From positions 7,015 through 71,014 of the forward strand of contig JAHJCT010000024.1 in the NCBI GenBank assembly GCA_018812715.1: a DNA stretch of 64,000 nt. The letters run 5' to 3'. The notes below the pieces were generated by a model that was given only the letters and a program-made list of their open reading frames with translations, was not told the DNA's origin and made no database searches. Shown piece after piece: positions 48,209 to 58,838 of the stretch (position 1 is the stretch's first letter; each line of letters opens with the position of its first letter). The translations under genes and the position numbers were made by a program. This DNA is from Candidatus Micrarchaeota archaeon. Lineage in GTDB: Archaea > Micrarchaeota > Micrarchaeia > Anstonellales > Bilamarchaeaceae.

Positions 48209-49018
48209 ATGGACATTTGGGTTGTAAAGGAAAATGGAGAAAAGGAAAAGTTCGATGTAAAGAAAGTAAAACGAGCATTGCGAAGAAGCGGCCTTAGTAA
48301 TAAAGAAGCCGAAGAAATTCTAAAAGAGCTAAGCCCAAAATTATACGACGGCATGAGTACGAAGAAGATATATGCTACTGTTTATGGCATTGTAAGAGAT
48401 CTAAGGCCAGAAGTAACACATAAATACAATCTGAAAAGGGCCCTTCAAATGTTAGGTCCAGCTGGATACGAATTTGAAGATTTTATTGCAAAATTACTTT
48501 CTTTGAAAGGTTATAATATAGGATTAAGACAGCAAATTCAGGGAAAGTGCGTAAACCATGAGATTGATGTAACAGCATCAAAAGATCATGAAAATTATCT
48601 AATTGAATGTAAATTTCATAATGAACCTGGAACCAAATGCAGAATACAAACAGCGCTTTATGTATATGCAAGGTATCTTGATATAAATGCGGGAAGAGAA
48701 AGGAAATTCACAAAGCCATGGTTAATTACAAATACAAAATTCTCAGAAGATGTTGTTTCTTATTGTGAATGTATGGATCTACCTTTACTTGGATGGAGAT
48801 ACCCGCTCAAAGAAGGCCTTGAAGCATTGATTGACAAAACGAAATGCTATCCAGTGAGTGTTATAGATATGAACCCGCATACACTCAGAAAATTATTGAC
48901 AAGAAAGATAGTAACTGTTATGGATATACCAACTGACGCACACAAACTTGCCGATATGGTTCAGATATCATTACCAAGCGCCAAAAAAATAATAGAAAAG
49001 GCAGAGTATGCAAAATGA
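48209..49018 (+). CDS. ATP-cone + Mrr-like restriction endonuclease-fold protein
   Basis: VVKENGEKEKFD ATP-cone; GYEFEDF, HEIDV, IECKFH. Confidence 0.88.
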   Translation: MDIWVVKENGEKEKFDVKKVKRALRRSGLSNKEAEEILKELSPKLYDGMSTKKIYATVYGIVRDLRPEVTHKYNLKRALQMLGPAGYEFEDFIAKLLSLKGYNIGLRQQIQGKCVNHEIDVTASKDHENYLIECKFHNEPGTKCRIQTALYVYARYLDINAGRERKFTKPWLITNTKFSEDVVSYCECMDLPLLGWRYPLKEGLEALIDKTKCYPVSVIDMNPHTLRKLLTRKIVTVMDIPTDAHKLADMVQISLPSAKKIIEKAEYAK

Positions 49019-49731
49019 AAAGGCTAGTTGAGGTGGATACCCTAAGAGGTATTGCCATAGTGTTGATGGTTATTTATCATATTTTCTTTGATTTGAGCTA
49101 TTTTAGATTGGTAGATATAAATCTGTATGAACTTGGATGGCAGTTATTTCAGCGCAATATAGGAACGCTGTTTATTCTTATTGTTGGCATTTCCCTTACA
49201 TTGAGTGAGAACCGTAATAAAGAAGGGTATAAAAGACACGCAAAGAGAGGATTGAAACTTGCTGGAATTGCATTGCTGATAACAGTTGCAACCTGGATTT
49301 ATCCTCATGAAGGATTCATCATGTTTGGTATAATTCATTTGATAGCATTGAGCACTTTTATTGCCCCGTTTTTCTTTAAATTTGGAAAGTGGAATTTGGT
49401 ATTGGGTCTGCTGATCATTCTTCTTGGTTTTTATGTAGGTACATTAGTTACAAATTCACATTACTTATTCTGGCTTGGAATAGTTTATCCAGGATATATG
49501 CAATTAGACCATTATTCGTTAATTCCATGGTTTGGTGTTGTTTTGGTAGGCATGTACATAGGAAACAAACTCTTTCCGGGAGGTAAAAGTAAATTGAAAT
49601 TGCCAACAAATGAGAACCTTGCTTTTCTAGGGAGGAATGCATTGTTAATTTATGTTATTCATCAACCAATATTGATTGGTGTTATTATGGCCAGCATACA
49701 CCTTCGTAGTTTTTTCCACGTTTTGCTTTAG
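49015..49731 (+). CDS. DUF1624 / heparan-alpha-glucosaminide N-acetyltransferase-like membrane protein
   Basis: VDTLRGIAIVLMVIYH, FGIIH, DHYSLIPW, LGRNALLIYVIHQP. Confidence 0.9.
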   Translation: MKRLVEVDTLRGIAIVLMVIYHIFFDLSYFRLVDINLYELGWQLFQRNIGTLFILIVGISLTLSENRNKEGYKRHAKRGLKLAGIALLITVATWIYPHEGFIMFGIIHLIALSTFIAPFFFKFGKWNLVLGLLIILLGFYVGTLVTNSHYLFWLGIVYPGYMQLDHYSLIPWFGVVLVGMYIGNKLFPGGKSKLKLPTNENLAFLGRNALLIYVIHQPILIGVIMASIHLRSFFHVLL

Positions 49732-50959
49732 GTATTACATTACGTCCATCCAAAATTATTTTATCCCTATAATCTAGGTCTGAAAATTCTTCCCAATCAG
49801 CCAGGATTACAACAGCTTCGCTTTTGTCAATAAGTTCTTGTGCAGTTTCACAATATGAGATTTCAGAGAATACAGATTTCATTTTTTCTGTTGCTTTTGG
49901 GTCATATGCAAAAATTGTAGCATTTCTTCTTTTCAGTTCAATAATGATAGGGACAGAACGGGAATTTCTTATATCATCAGTGCCACGTTTAAATGAAAGA
50001 CCTAAAATACCGATTTTACGTCTTTCTAAAGGTCCTAATTTGTTTTCAAGATTATTTACCATGCGAATGGGCAATGAATCATTTACGCTTATAGTAGACT
50101 CAAGGAGAATTGAAGGGCTATTCTCTTTATGGGCTACGGCAAGAAGAGCTCTCATATCTTTTTCTAGACAGCTTCCACCAAAACCACATCCGGCCTTTAG
50201 GGGAAAATTACCTGGACCAACTCTTAGATCCAATGCTTGACTTATTTCATTTATATCTACATCGAATTCTTTTGCAATAAGTCCCATTTCATTGATAAAG
50301 GAAATTTTAGTTGCAGAGAGGCAGTTGTTCACATATTTCGCCATCTCAGCTGTTTTAGTTGAAAGAAGGATAATTGGCCTTTCGAGAGGTTCATAAAGTT
50401 GTTTGAGCGTCTTAGCATCTTCTTCATTCTCAGAACCAATGATGACTTTATTATGATTAAGAAAATCTTGGATGGCATCTCCTTGGCGGAGAAATTCTGG
50501 ATTGGCAATTACTCCGAAATCTTGGGGGTATTTTTTGGAGCTTAATTCTTCAAGTTTTTTAGTAAATGCAATGGTAGTTCCAGGAATCACAGTTGATCTG
50601 ATTACAATAATTTTTCTAGAAGAGGAAGATTTTATTAAAGGAGCTAATTCTTCACATACAGAGTATAGCTGGCTAAGGTCGATGCCATTTTCCTTGCAAG
50701 GAGTTGCAACACAGATGAAGATTATTTCAGCTTTCTCAAATCCTTCAGATAGATTATAGACTGGAGTTAGATTATTTGAGCTAATTGCTTTATCAAGATT
50801 AGAAGCTAGATTTTCTTCAAAGAATGGAGTTTCAGATGCTTTTAATTTGTCAAGTTTTTCTTTAATTTTATCATATACATAGACTCGATTGCCATTATTA
50901 GCAAAACAGATGGCTGTGATCAAACCTGCATAGCCAGCTCCAATTACCAGAAGATTCAT
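49685..50959 (-). CDS. UDP-glucose/GDP-mannose dehydrogenase
   Basis: GAGYAG, RSTVIPG, NPEFLRQG, GFGGSCLEKD, GLSFK..TDDIR. Confidence 0.95.
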   Translation of the reverse strand: MNLLVIGAGYAGLITAICFANNGNRVYVYDKIKEKLDKLKASETPFFEENLASNLDKAISSNNLTPVYNLSEGFEKAEIIFICVATPCKENGIDLSQLYSVCEELAPLIKSSSSRKIIVIRSTVIPGTTIAFTKKLEELSSKKYPQDFGVIANPEFLRQGDAIQDFLNHNKVIIGSENEEDAKTLKQLYEPLERPIILLSTKTAEMAKYVNNCLSATKISFINEMGLIAKEFDVDINEISQALDLRVGPGNFPLKAGCGFGGSCLEKDMRALLAVAHKENSPSILLESTISVNDSLPIRMVNNLENKLGPLERRKIGILGLSFKRGTDDIRNSRSVPIIIELKRRNATIFAYDPKATEKMKSVFSEISYCETAQELIDKSEAVVILADWEEFSDLDYRDKIILDGRNVIPKAKRGKNYEGVCWP

Positions 50960-51010
50960 AATAAAATCATCTATAAAGTGATTTTAAAGCTTGGTAAGAA
51001 ATAATTCAAT

Positions 51011-51766
51011 ATGAATGAGCTTACAACAAAAAAGTACTGGGAAGAAACCTGGAAAGGATTCAAGCCCAGAAAAATTGAGAAAAATTATATTTTTTTCGAT
51101 CTTCTGAAGAAATACCTCCCCACAAACTCGACAATGAAATGTCTTGAAATAGGTTGTGCACCAGGTAGATTTCTTGTAGCTTTTCATAAAAATTTTGAAT
51201 ACGAATTAAATGGCATTGACATGTGTGGAATAGAAGTAACTAAGAAAAATCTTGAATTCAACGGAATTAAAAATTATAATTTGTATGAAACGGATTTCTT
51301 AAAATGGCAAACAAAAAAGAAATTTGATGTTGTGTCTTCATTTGGATATATAGAACATTTCAAAGATCCAACGAGTCATCTAAAGAAAATGATCGAGTTG
51401 GTAGCAAAGGGGGGCTATCTTGTTGTCGAAATTCCAAGTTTTAGGTATATAAATTCCGTTACACGTTCGTTATTTTCCCATGATAATGGAAATTGGAAAA
51501 AAATACATAACCTTAGGATAATGGATACTGAATTTTGGAAGAATAGGTGTGAAGAGTTCGGTTTAAAGACAGTTTACCTCGGCCATTACAAATTCTTTTC
51601 ATATTGGCATGAGAGCAAAAATAAATTAGCGAGGGGTTTGAACATTCCACTAGTTGGTACAAGTTTGGTACTAAATAAAATTACTGATGCTCTTAATTTG
51701 AATATTGTTTTGGCAAACAAATATAGTTCACCATTCATAGTTCTCATAGCTAAAAAGAATTCATAA
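51011..51766 (+). CDS. Class I SAM-dependent methyltransferase
   Basis: LEIGCAPG, FDVVSSFGYIEHF. Confidence 0.9.
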   Translation: MNELTTKKYWEETWKGFKPRKIEKNYIFFDLLKKYLPTNSTMKCLEIGCAPGRFLVAFHKNFEYELNGIDMCGIEVTKKNLEFNGIKNYNLYETDFLKWQTKKKFDVVSSFGYIEHFKDPTSHLKKMIELVAKGGYLVVEIPSFRYINSVTRSLFSHDNGNWKKIHNLRIMDTEFWKNRCEEFGLKTVYLGHYKFFSYWHESKNKLARGLNIPLVGTSLVLNKITDALNLNIVLANKYSSPFIVLIAKKNS

Positions 51767-51800
51767 GACCTGTTCTGCCACATATTACAAAAAACCAGTA

Positions 51801-52937
51801 TCATTTTTCATTAGTTAATTGAATGAAAAGCTTTTCATAGCTATCAATCATTTTTTCTTCTGAAAATTCACTTTCAGCTCTTTGTTGTGCTTTCTTTCCA
51901 TATTCTTTTCTGAGTTTTGGATCATTCATGAGTTTTACAATAGCTTCTGTCAAGCCTTTTTGATCTGTTGGGGATATCAAAATCCCACAGTCACCAAGTA
52001 GCTCTTTTGTTCCTCCAACATCACTAGCTACTATTGATAGGCCCGCACACATTGCTTCAAGAACAGCACCTGGAAGGGCATCAGTAAGAGAAGGATGAAC
52101 AAAAATATCAAAAGCTGCTAATGTGTCTGGAATGTCTTTTCCATAACCTAAGAAGAGGATATTTTCCTCTAGCCCAAGTTCTTTAACGAGTTTTTGGAGT
52201 TTTTTCTTGTAAAAATTTGAAGGAGGGCCACCGACAATAACGAACTTAAGATTTTTTCTTAGTTTGAGAAGCTCAGGAAGTACACGAATAACAGCTTCAT
52301 GATTTTTTATTGGATCCAAACGGCTGATTATCCCAAGAACAAATTCATTTCCGTTAAGACCTAACTTTATTTTAGCTTGTTTTTTGTTGAGATTAGACTT
52401 ATAATTACTAATATTTTTCCCATTGGGGATGTATATTATTTTTTCTGATGGGACATTTGAGGCTTTTAATTCATCATTGCCTTCTTTGAAGATAGTTACA
52501 ATTTTATCACAAAGGAAATAATTTATAGGTGCTATAAAATGAGAAATTATGGGAAGGTATCGTTTCTGATTGTTCTTTCTTAAAACAACTTTTTTCTTAA
52601 GTATTTTTCCGATTAACGTCACTATGAATTTGTCATCGGTATTATGATAAACATATAATATATCCGGATTTTCTCTTAGGGTAGTTAGTAACAAAAATGG
52701 AAATTGGTATACATCTAGCAAAGCTCTGAGGGGGTAACAATCACTTCTCGGTAAATTTAAAGTGATTAATCTTTGGACATTAGTAGAAAGAAGATCAAGC
52801 CTATTTGAAATAATGCATCCAATATGCTCCATTTCTGTTTTTTTCTGTAGTCCTCCTAGAGTAGTTAGGAACATTTTTTCTGATCCCCCAACCATTAAGG
52901 AACCAATTACATGCAGTACCTTAATTTTCTTTTTCAT
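51801..52937 (-). CDS. GT4 glycosyltransferase
   Basis: GGSE, IPNG, SRLDPIKNH, DALPGAVLEAM. Confidence 0.93.
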   Translation of the reverse strand: MKKKIKVLHVIGSLMVGGSEKMFLTTLGGLQKKTEMEHIGCIISNRLDLLSTNVQRLITLNLPRSDCYPLRALLDVYQFPFLLLTTLRENPDILYVYHNTDDKFIVTLIGKILKKKVVLRKNNQKRYLPIISHFIAPINYFLCDKIVTIFKEGNDELKASNVPSEKIIYIPNGKNISNYKSNLNKKQAKIKLGLNGNEFVLGIISRLDPIKNHEAVIRVLPELLKLRKNLKFVIVGGPPSNFYKKKLQKLVKELGLEENILFLGYGKDIPDTLAAFDIFVHPSLTDALPGAVLEAMCAGLSIVASDVGGTKELLGDCGILISPTDQKGLTEAIVKLMNDPKLRKEYGKKAQQRAESEFSEEKMIDSYEKLFIQLTNEK

Positions 52938-52976
52938 CAAATATTACTGAAATTGAAAACTTTTATATTGTATATG

Positions 52977-54248
52977 TCATTTGTTTAAATGCAAAAAAAG
53001 CTTTTCATAATTATTAATCATTTTTTCTTCTGAAAATTCTATTTCAGCTCTTTGTTGTGCTTTCTTCCCATATTCTTTTCTGAGTTTTGGATCATTCATT
53101 AGTTTTACAATAGCTTCTGTCAAGCCTTTTTGATCTGTTGGGGATATCAAAATGCCAGTATCGCCAAGAAGTTCTTTTGTACCTCCAACATCACTAGCTA
53201 CTATAGGTAGGCCAGCACACATTGCTTCAAGAACAGCACCAGGTTGTCCTTCAGAAAATGATGGATGGGCAAAAATATCGAAAGCTGCCAATATATCTGC
53301 TATTTCCTCCCTATGACCTAAGAATAAAACATTTTTCTCTAAATTAAGTTCTTTAACAAGTTTTTGAAGTTTTTTCTTGTAAAAATCTGATGGGGAACCA
53401 CCAACAATGACAAACTTAAGATTTTTTCTTATTTTGAGAAGCTCAGGAAGTACACGAATGACAGCTTCATGATTTTTTATTGGGTCCAAACGACTTATTA
53501 ATCCGATAACAAATTCATTTCCTTTAAGACCTAACTTTATTTTAGCTTGTTTTTTGCTAATAAGACTTGAGTATTTCAACGTGTTCCGGCTATTTGGTAT
53601 ATGGACTATTTTTTCTGGAGAAACGCCAATATTTTTAAGTTCATCAGCACCGCGATAAAAGATGGTTATGATATTATCAGCAAGAAAATAGGCGATACGA
53701 GTACCGACCTTATGAAAAAAAGGAAATGATTTATCTTCTCCATAATAACAAACAACAACTTTTTTTCGCAAAAGTTTTCCGATAATAGATGCAATGGGTA
53801 ATTGCCCCAAACTATGGGATGCGTATACAATATCAGGATTCTCTTCTTTAACAATCTGTAGCAGTGTTAGAAATTCATAAGGTTTTATTAATGTCATAAA
53901 AAGATAAGAGTAACGATATGGCAGATTAGGGGTTACCATTGTTATGTTATTTGAGATGGAGGAATCAGATTGGCTCGATGGATTAGACAACATGCAATTA
54001 AATTTTTGTTGGTTTATCATGGCTAAAGATAAATTATAAGAGCTATAAGGAACTTTGACAATAGCAGTTTTTTTTTTAGGAGAAAAGTACTTTTTAATAT
54101 TTAAACGGTCGAATAGAACACAACCAACATTTTCAGTCATTCCACTATTTTGAAGACCATTAATAGTAGAAAAAAATATATCTTGTACACCACCGCAACC
54201 AAAATACTGTATTATGTGTAATATTTTAGTTTTCTTTTTCATTGACAT
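52977..54248 (-). CDS. GT4 glycosyltransferase (recent paralog of 51801..52937)
   Basis: SRLDPIKNH, EGQPGAVLEAM; long identical DNA tracts shared with its neighbour. Confidence 0.93.
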   Translation of the reverse strand: MSMKKKTKILHIIQYFGCGGVQDIFFSTINGLQNSGMTENVGCVLFDRLNIKKYFSPKKKTAIVKVPYSSYNLSLAMINQQKFNCMLSNPSSQSDSSISNNITMVTPNLPYRYSYLFMTLIKPYEFLTLLQIVKEENPDIVYASHSLGQLPIASIIGKLLRKKVVVCYYGEDKSFPFFHKVGTRIAYFLADNIITIFYRGADELKNIGVSPEKIVHIPNSRNTLKYSSLISKKQAKIKLGLKGNEFVIGLISRLDPIKNHEAVIRVLPELLKIRKNLKFVIVGGSPSDFYKKKLQKLVKELNLEKNVLFLGHREEIADILAAFDIFAHPSFSEGQPGAVLEAMCAGLPIVASDVGGTKELLGDTGILISPTDQKGLTEAIVKLMNDPKLRKEYGKKAQQRAEIEFSEEKMINNYEKLFLHLNK

Positions 54249-54272
54249 CTCCTATGGATGAAACATTTTAAT

Positions 54273-55391
54273 TTATGATTCTGATTTTTTAGTTATTGTT
54301 TCTTTGGCCTTTTCCTCAAATCTCTTTAGAAAACGTTCCCAGGTGAAATATTTTTTAACTTTCTTTTTGCCTGCTTTGCCCATTTTTTCACAAATATCAG
54401 GGTTTTTAGCAAGCCATTCCATTCTCTGGGCCATTTCCTGGGGACTATTCACAAGAAAACCATCTACACCATCTGAAACTGTCTCTTTTGGTCCGCCTTC
54501 GTTGCGTGCTATAACAGGTTTTGAGGATGCCATTGCCTCAAGAGGCACAATGCCAAAATCCTCTTCTATTGGACTAAAAACTGTAGCATAGCATCTTGAA
54601 TAAAGATCATAAAGACGCTCATCTGAGACATTAGTTTCTATAATGAATGAGTCGTCACATAAAGATTTAACTTTCTCAAAATACGGCTTATGTATATCTG
54701 CTACAAAACCGGCAATAACAAGTTTCCAGCCTTTGTTTTTCGAGGAAAAAAGTTTGAATGCTTTTATAGCATATTCAAAATCTTTTTCAGGAGCTAATCT
54801 AGACGGATAAAGAAAAAACTGTTCATAATCTCTACATGAAAATTTTTGTGAATCTACACCTATATGAATGATTTCAGCGTCTCTGTTCAGATATTTCTTA
54901 ATACGCTTTTGGGCAACATTGCTAATTGTCAGGATTTCTTCTATTTTTGGAACTGTTTGAGATTCAAGATGTTTAAAGAATTTAATCCAGACCAGGAAAG
55001 GTATTTTATACGCAAGGCTTTGCTGTTTTAAATGCCATTCATATAGATCAAAGGCCAGACGGTGAGGAGAATAGCAATACCAAAGGACAGGAGAATTACG
55101 GTGCCTTACAAATTCGGAAAGAGGGCCATGTGGATTGACTAAATCATAATCTTCAAGTTTCATATTGTAAAAATAATTAGTTGTTTCTAGCGTACTGAGA
55201 ACTTTGTGACGTATAGGAATATTGCTTGGTTTGAGAGTTGTTATATGCAAATTTCTATATTCATCAAAAGTATTTTCAGGATCATAATAAGGACAATAGA
55301 TGTGGGCATCAAAATGTTTGGCTATTTCAAGGACAACTCTCTCAATGCCACCACAAACAGTTAAATTAGAATTTACTATTGCTAATTTCAC
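54273..55391 (-). CDS. GT4 glycosyltransferase
   Basis: GGIER, SRLAPEK, EDFGIVPLEAM. Confidence 0.94.
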   Translation of the reverse strand: MKLAIVNSNLTVCGGIERVVLEIAKHFDAHIYCPYYDPENTFDEYRNLHITTLKPSNIPIRHKVLSTLETTNYFYNMKLEDYDLVNPHGPLSEFVRHRNSPVLWYCYSPHRLAFDLYEWHLKQQSLAYKIPFLVWIKFFKHLESQTVPKIEEILTISNVAQKRIKKYLNRDAEIIHIGVDSQKFSCRDYEQFFLYPSRLAPEKDFEYAIKAFKLFSSKNKGWKLVIAGFVADIHKPYFEKVKSLCDDSFIIETNVSDERLYDLYSRCYATVFSPIEEDFGIVPLEAMASSKPVIARNEGGPKETVSDGVDGFLVNSPQEMAQRMEWLAKNPDICEKMGKAGKKKVKKYFTWERFLKRFEEKAKETITKKSES

Positions 55392-55436
55392 TTAATAACA
55401 CCAAAAATAATAAAAGAAGAATAAAATAAAAAGAGA

Positions 55437-56609
55437 TTATTTCTTGCCTTTTTGTCCTCGTCTTAGATATAATACTACTATTATACCAAGTAAAAGCAAT
55501 AATATCAGTATGAGTGCAAGGCCGCCACCTTCATCTTCAGCAACAGTTGGTTTGCCTTCATCAGTTGGAGTGGATTTAGGAATGGCATTAATTACAGTCG
55601 CTGCGAGCTCTTTACCATTTTCTAAAAGCACTATTGTGTAGGGGCCTTCCATTGTAAGAGGAAGAACAAAGCCTCCATTTTCATCTGTTTTGCCAGTCCA
55701 TTTCTGACCAGTTGGATCAGTGACTTCTACATCACAGTTTGCACAAACTTCGTCACCTTTCTTTCCAGTGAATTCGGCATCATCACCAACAAAACCATTG
55801 TCTGGACCTTCCATGCTGCTTTCAACACATTCATAGTTTACGCAAATGAAACCTTCTGGACATTCTTGACAATTTGGATCATCTCCGCATTCATATGGAA
55901 CCAAGACATGATCAACAACTTCACCACAACCAGTTACAGGCATACAAAGGCCGCTAGCTGCCCCAACAGGAATGTCACAATATTCTGTAGGCTCACAATC
56001 ACCATCAGAAGTACAGCCTTGTGGTTCAGTACATTCATGGTTTTGGCAAACTTGACCTTGAGGACAGTCTGAATTTGCACAACATTCATACTCAGCACAT
56101 TGATGGCTGCTTACCACGCCACAATCGCAGGGAACATTTACACATTGACCATCATCACATTGTTGATTGTCAGGACAATCATCATCATTATCACATTCTG
56201 GTTCTTCACATTGACCACAATCAATTAATGTTTCAAAGGTATGGGCTGAATGATAACCAGAATGGCTTGCATAGACATCTACTTGCCTATCACATGCAAA
56301 GCCAAAATGAACTTCTCCTTTAGAGTCAGTATAACCATGGAATAATGTAGGAATGCCAACAGTAACTTCTGCACCGCTGACAGCAGCCCCTTGATCAGTA
56401 GTTACTGTTACAGTAACACCTTCACAATCTGATTCAAGATCTATGTTTAGATCAGGGTCTGCTTGATGACCGCCATCATCATCGCCATCATAACCATCGT
56501 ATCCATCATATCCAGGTAATTGTGGGAATTGTGCATACATCGTAGCAGAAAATGCTAATGGACATGATAATACCATCAAAGCCAATATAACCAATATTCT
56601 TGAGGACAT
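55437..56609 (-). CDS. Cys-rich cell-surface protein with C-terminal TM anchor
   Basis: Signal peptide, (GYD)3 repeat, beta-sandwich segments, repeated CxxxxDCxxxxxC modules, TM helix plus basic tail. Confidence 0.8.
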   Translation of the reverse strand: MSSRILVILALMVLSCPLAFSATMYAQFPQLPGYDGYDGYDGDDDGGHQADPDLNIDLESDCEGVTVTVTTDQGAAVSGAEVTVGIPTLFHGYTDSKGEVHFGFACDRQVDVYASHSGYHSAHTFETLIDCGQCEEPECDNDDDCPDNQQCDDGQCVNVPCDCGVVSSHQCAEYECCANSDCPQGQVCQNHECTEPQGCTSDGDCEPTEYCDIPVGAASGLCMPVTGCGEVVDHVLVPYECGDDPNCQECPEGFICVNYECVESSMEGPDNGFVGDDAEFTGKKGDEVCANCDVEVTDPTGQKWTGKTDENGGFVLPLTMEGPYTIVLLENGKELAATVINAIPKSTPTDEGKPTVAEDEGGGLALILILLLLLGIIVVLYLRRGQKGKK

Positions 56610-56653
56610 AGATATGGCTTAAAGATAAGAAATTTAAAAATCTTTGTATGTTG

Positions 56654-58759
56654 TTAATTGGTGGTTTTTCTTGATAAATAAATGAAAGAGGCAATGATTA
56701 TCGAGACAATTAGAAGAGCGCCAATCATTGGCGGAGTAAGAAAACCATTTGAGGTTAGAAGATAGAGTACAATAAAGTTACAGCTTAATATGGTCGTTCC
56801 CATGTAATTTGGATTAATTAATAAAAATAGTATCAAAGCCCAGGAAAGAAGAAAGAGGGCTAAAACAAAATAAAACATTTTATTTTTTATAATTCCTGGC
56901 TCTGAATAGGTAAAACCATTTGCTATCTGATACCATGGAACTGCTTCATTATCATTAAACTCAATGAAATTATTGTAAGGCCGAGTAAAGACAAGATGCT
57001 GGGAACTAGAATTAAGTATTTGATAAGACGCAGGGGTTATTTTTTCATAGGAAACATAAGTCGAATAAATGTTTTTCCCAGCTAGATCAGTAAAATTAGC
57101 ATTTCCAGTTTCGTTTGAACCTATGAATGGGCCAGTTGCTAGATTATTTCTGAAAAGATAAAGAGTTGGTCCTTCATAAACAAGATCAATGTGTGGCACA
57201 ATATTTTCATCTATAGATCCATTAATTGGAACTGGACTGCACCGATAATAAAGTGGAAGATAGTGCATGTATTCATTATTAGTTTTGTGAATAATGATAT
57301 AGCGCACATTAAGTGGTAAAAGCATTTCAGCAGTGTTGTTTATGTTATCCTGATTTTGGCGCAGGTAAAGAAGATATGAATCAATGGGATTGTTTGAATC
57401 ACTATATATATTTCTTGTCTCAATATTTGATGTAGTAATAACTCGTTTTGAAAAGAATTGACTGGCTGGATTACCTAGTGTTTTCTGAGTAGAATTGACC
57501 CAAGGATAATATGTGTAAAGATGAAGAGGTAAAACAAGTATATTTGATTCTATAGGATCTACTGCGATTATACGATCGGCTTCAGCCCAATCTTCTGGAT
57601 ATGTTGTTGGGCCTATTTGCCCTAGAAAACCGAAAAAACCATAATTGTAGATAATAGGAAGAGAGAGAATGAGGAGAAGAAGCAAAGTTCTTTGATGATC
57701 TCGAAGATTTTGAGTGAGATGATAAAGACCACACGTGCCAAGCATTGAATAAACAAGGGCCAGAAGACCAACAAATTTCTGTGTATCACGAAAAACAAAG
57801 AAAATAAAATCTGCGATAGGACCAATAATTGAAGAGATGAAACCTGCCAAAGTAAAAAGAACTGCAAATATGAAAATAAGTAAAAGAGAAATAGCAAAAG
57901 GCGTGTTCGTCATTTTGATAAAACCAAAGGAAACAAGTGCAAAGATTAGAACAAAGGGGATATACCAAAGGTCAAAAACATCTTTTGTATAAGTAAACCC
58001 GCCTCTCCAAAATCCATGCAGGGTGATTATAGAAAGAATATCTCCTTCTGCTCCAAAATCAGCAAGATATGCCTCCGTAGAGGCCGGAGAATAATTTGTT
58101 TCAAACATTAACACTGTTGGTACAATCCAAAAAAGATTCAAAAGCACTACTAAAAAAGCAAGAATGAGTGTTTGTTTGATCAGTTTTAGAGAAGGTTTTG
58201 AAAGAAGAAATAGAACGAGATAAACAAAAAGAAGCATTAATAGCGCATGGATATTGATAGAGATTAAGAACGTAATTAATGCTACTTGAATTAGATTCTT
58301 TTTATCTGGTCTTTTTAGAAATTTAGAAAAGAATAATATTGCTATTGGCCAGAAAGCATATGAAAAAAGAAGAGTCCAGTGACCAGCTAGGAATCTAATA
58401 AAGACAAATGGATTGAGCATATAGAAAAGACCACCAAAGTATCTTGCATTGCCATATTCTTTCGGAAGTGAAAAATGCATAGCTGCTCCACATGAAAATA
58501 GAATTAGGAAAAGTAATAGTTTCTGAATGATAACAACAGATGAAATATCTGATAGCGTTGCCAGGATAAGATCCAAAGGCATAGTTGCCCCATAAGGACT
58601 TGCTGAATATCCATAAAAACTGCCAAAATGAAAATCAGCAAAACTATTTGGACCAAATTGCATATCAAGTGCAAGATAGTAGCCTGGCGGAAGTAATGGA
58701 ATCATTATAATAAATGCTAAAATTCCGTATACTAGCAGAGGCCAATATTCTTTAGGCAT
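56654..58759 (-). CDS. Multi-pass GT-C-like membrane protein
   Basis: PGYYLALD, FYMLNPF..RFLAGH, FRDTQKF, PEDW, LNVRYII. Confidence 0.7.
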   Translation of the reverse strand: MPKEYWPLLVYGILAFIIMIPLLPPGYYLALDMQFGPNSFADFHFGSFYGYSASPYGATMPLDLILATLSDISSVVIIQKLLLFLILFSCGAAMHFSLPKEYGNARYFGGLFYMLNPFVFIRFLAGHWTLLFSYAFWPIAILFFSKFLKRPDKKNLIQVALITFLISINIHALLMLLFVYLVLFLLSKPSLKLIKQTLILAFLVVLLNLFWIVPTVLMFETNYSPASTEAYLADFGAEGDILSIITLHGFWRGGFTYTKDVFDLWYIPFVLIFALVSFGFIKMTNTPFAISLLLIFIFAVLFTLAGFISSIIGPIADFIFFVFRDTQKFVGLLALVYSMLGTCGLYHLTQNLRDHQRTLLLLLILSLPIIYNYGFFGFLGQIGPTTYPEDWAEADRIIAVDPIESNILVLPLHLYTYYPWVNSTQKTLGNPASQFFSKRVITTSNIETRNIYSDSNNPIDSYLLYLRQNQDNINNTAEMLLPLNVRYIIIHKTNNEYMHYLPLYYRCSPVPINGSIDENIVPHIDLVYEGPTLYLFRNNLATGPFIGSNETGNANFTDLAGKNIYSTYVSYEKITPASYQILNSSSQHLVFTRPYNNFIEFNDNEAVPWYQIANGFTYSEPGIIKNKMFYFVLALFLLSWALILFLLINPNYMGTTILSCNFIVLYLLTSNGFLTPPMIGALLIVSIIIASFIYLSRKTTN

Positions 58760-58838
58760 TGGTATGATTTCTCAATCAACCTTAAAAATTAATTCAAAAG
58801 TAGATAATAATTTTAAAATCATATGGCAATAGGATAAC

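Noticed and set aside
48093-48278. 62-aa extension of Cdc6
   Set aside because: Overlaps the divergent gene; Cdc6 similarity begins near MSNYF
56470-56512. Short tandem repeat (GGNTAYGAT)3
   Set aside because: Coding GYD repeat with synonymous variation, not a DNA-level repeat element
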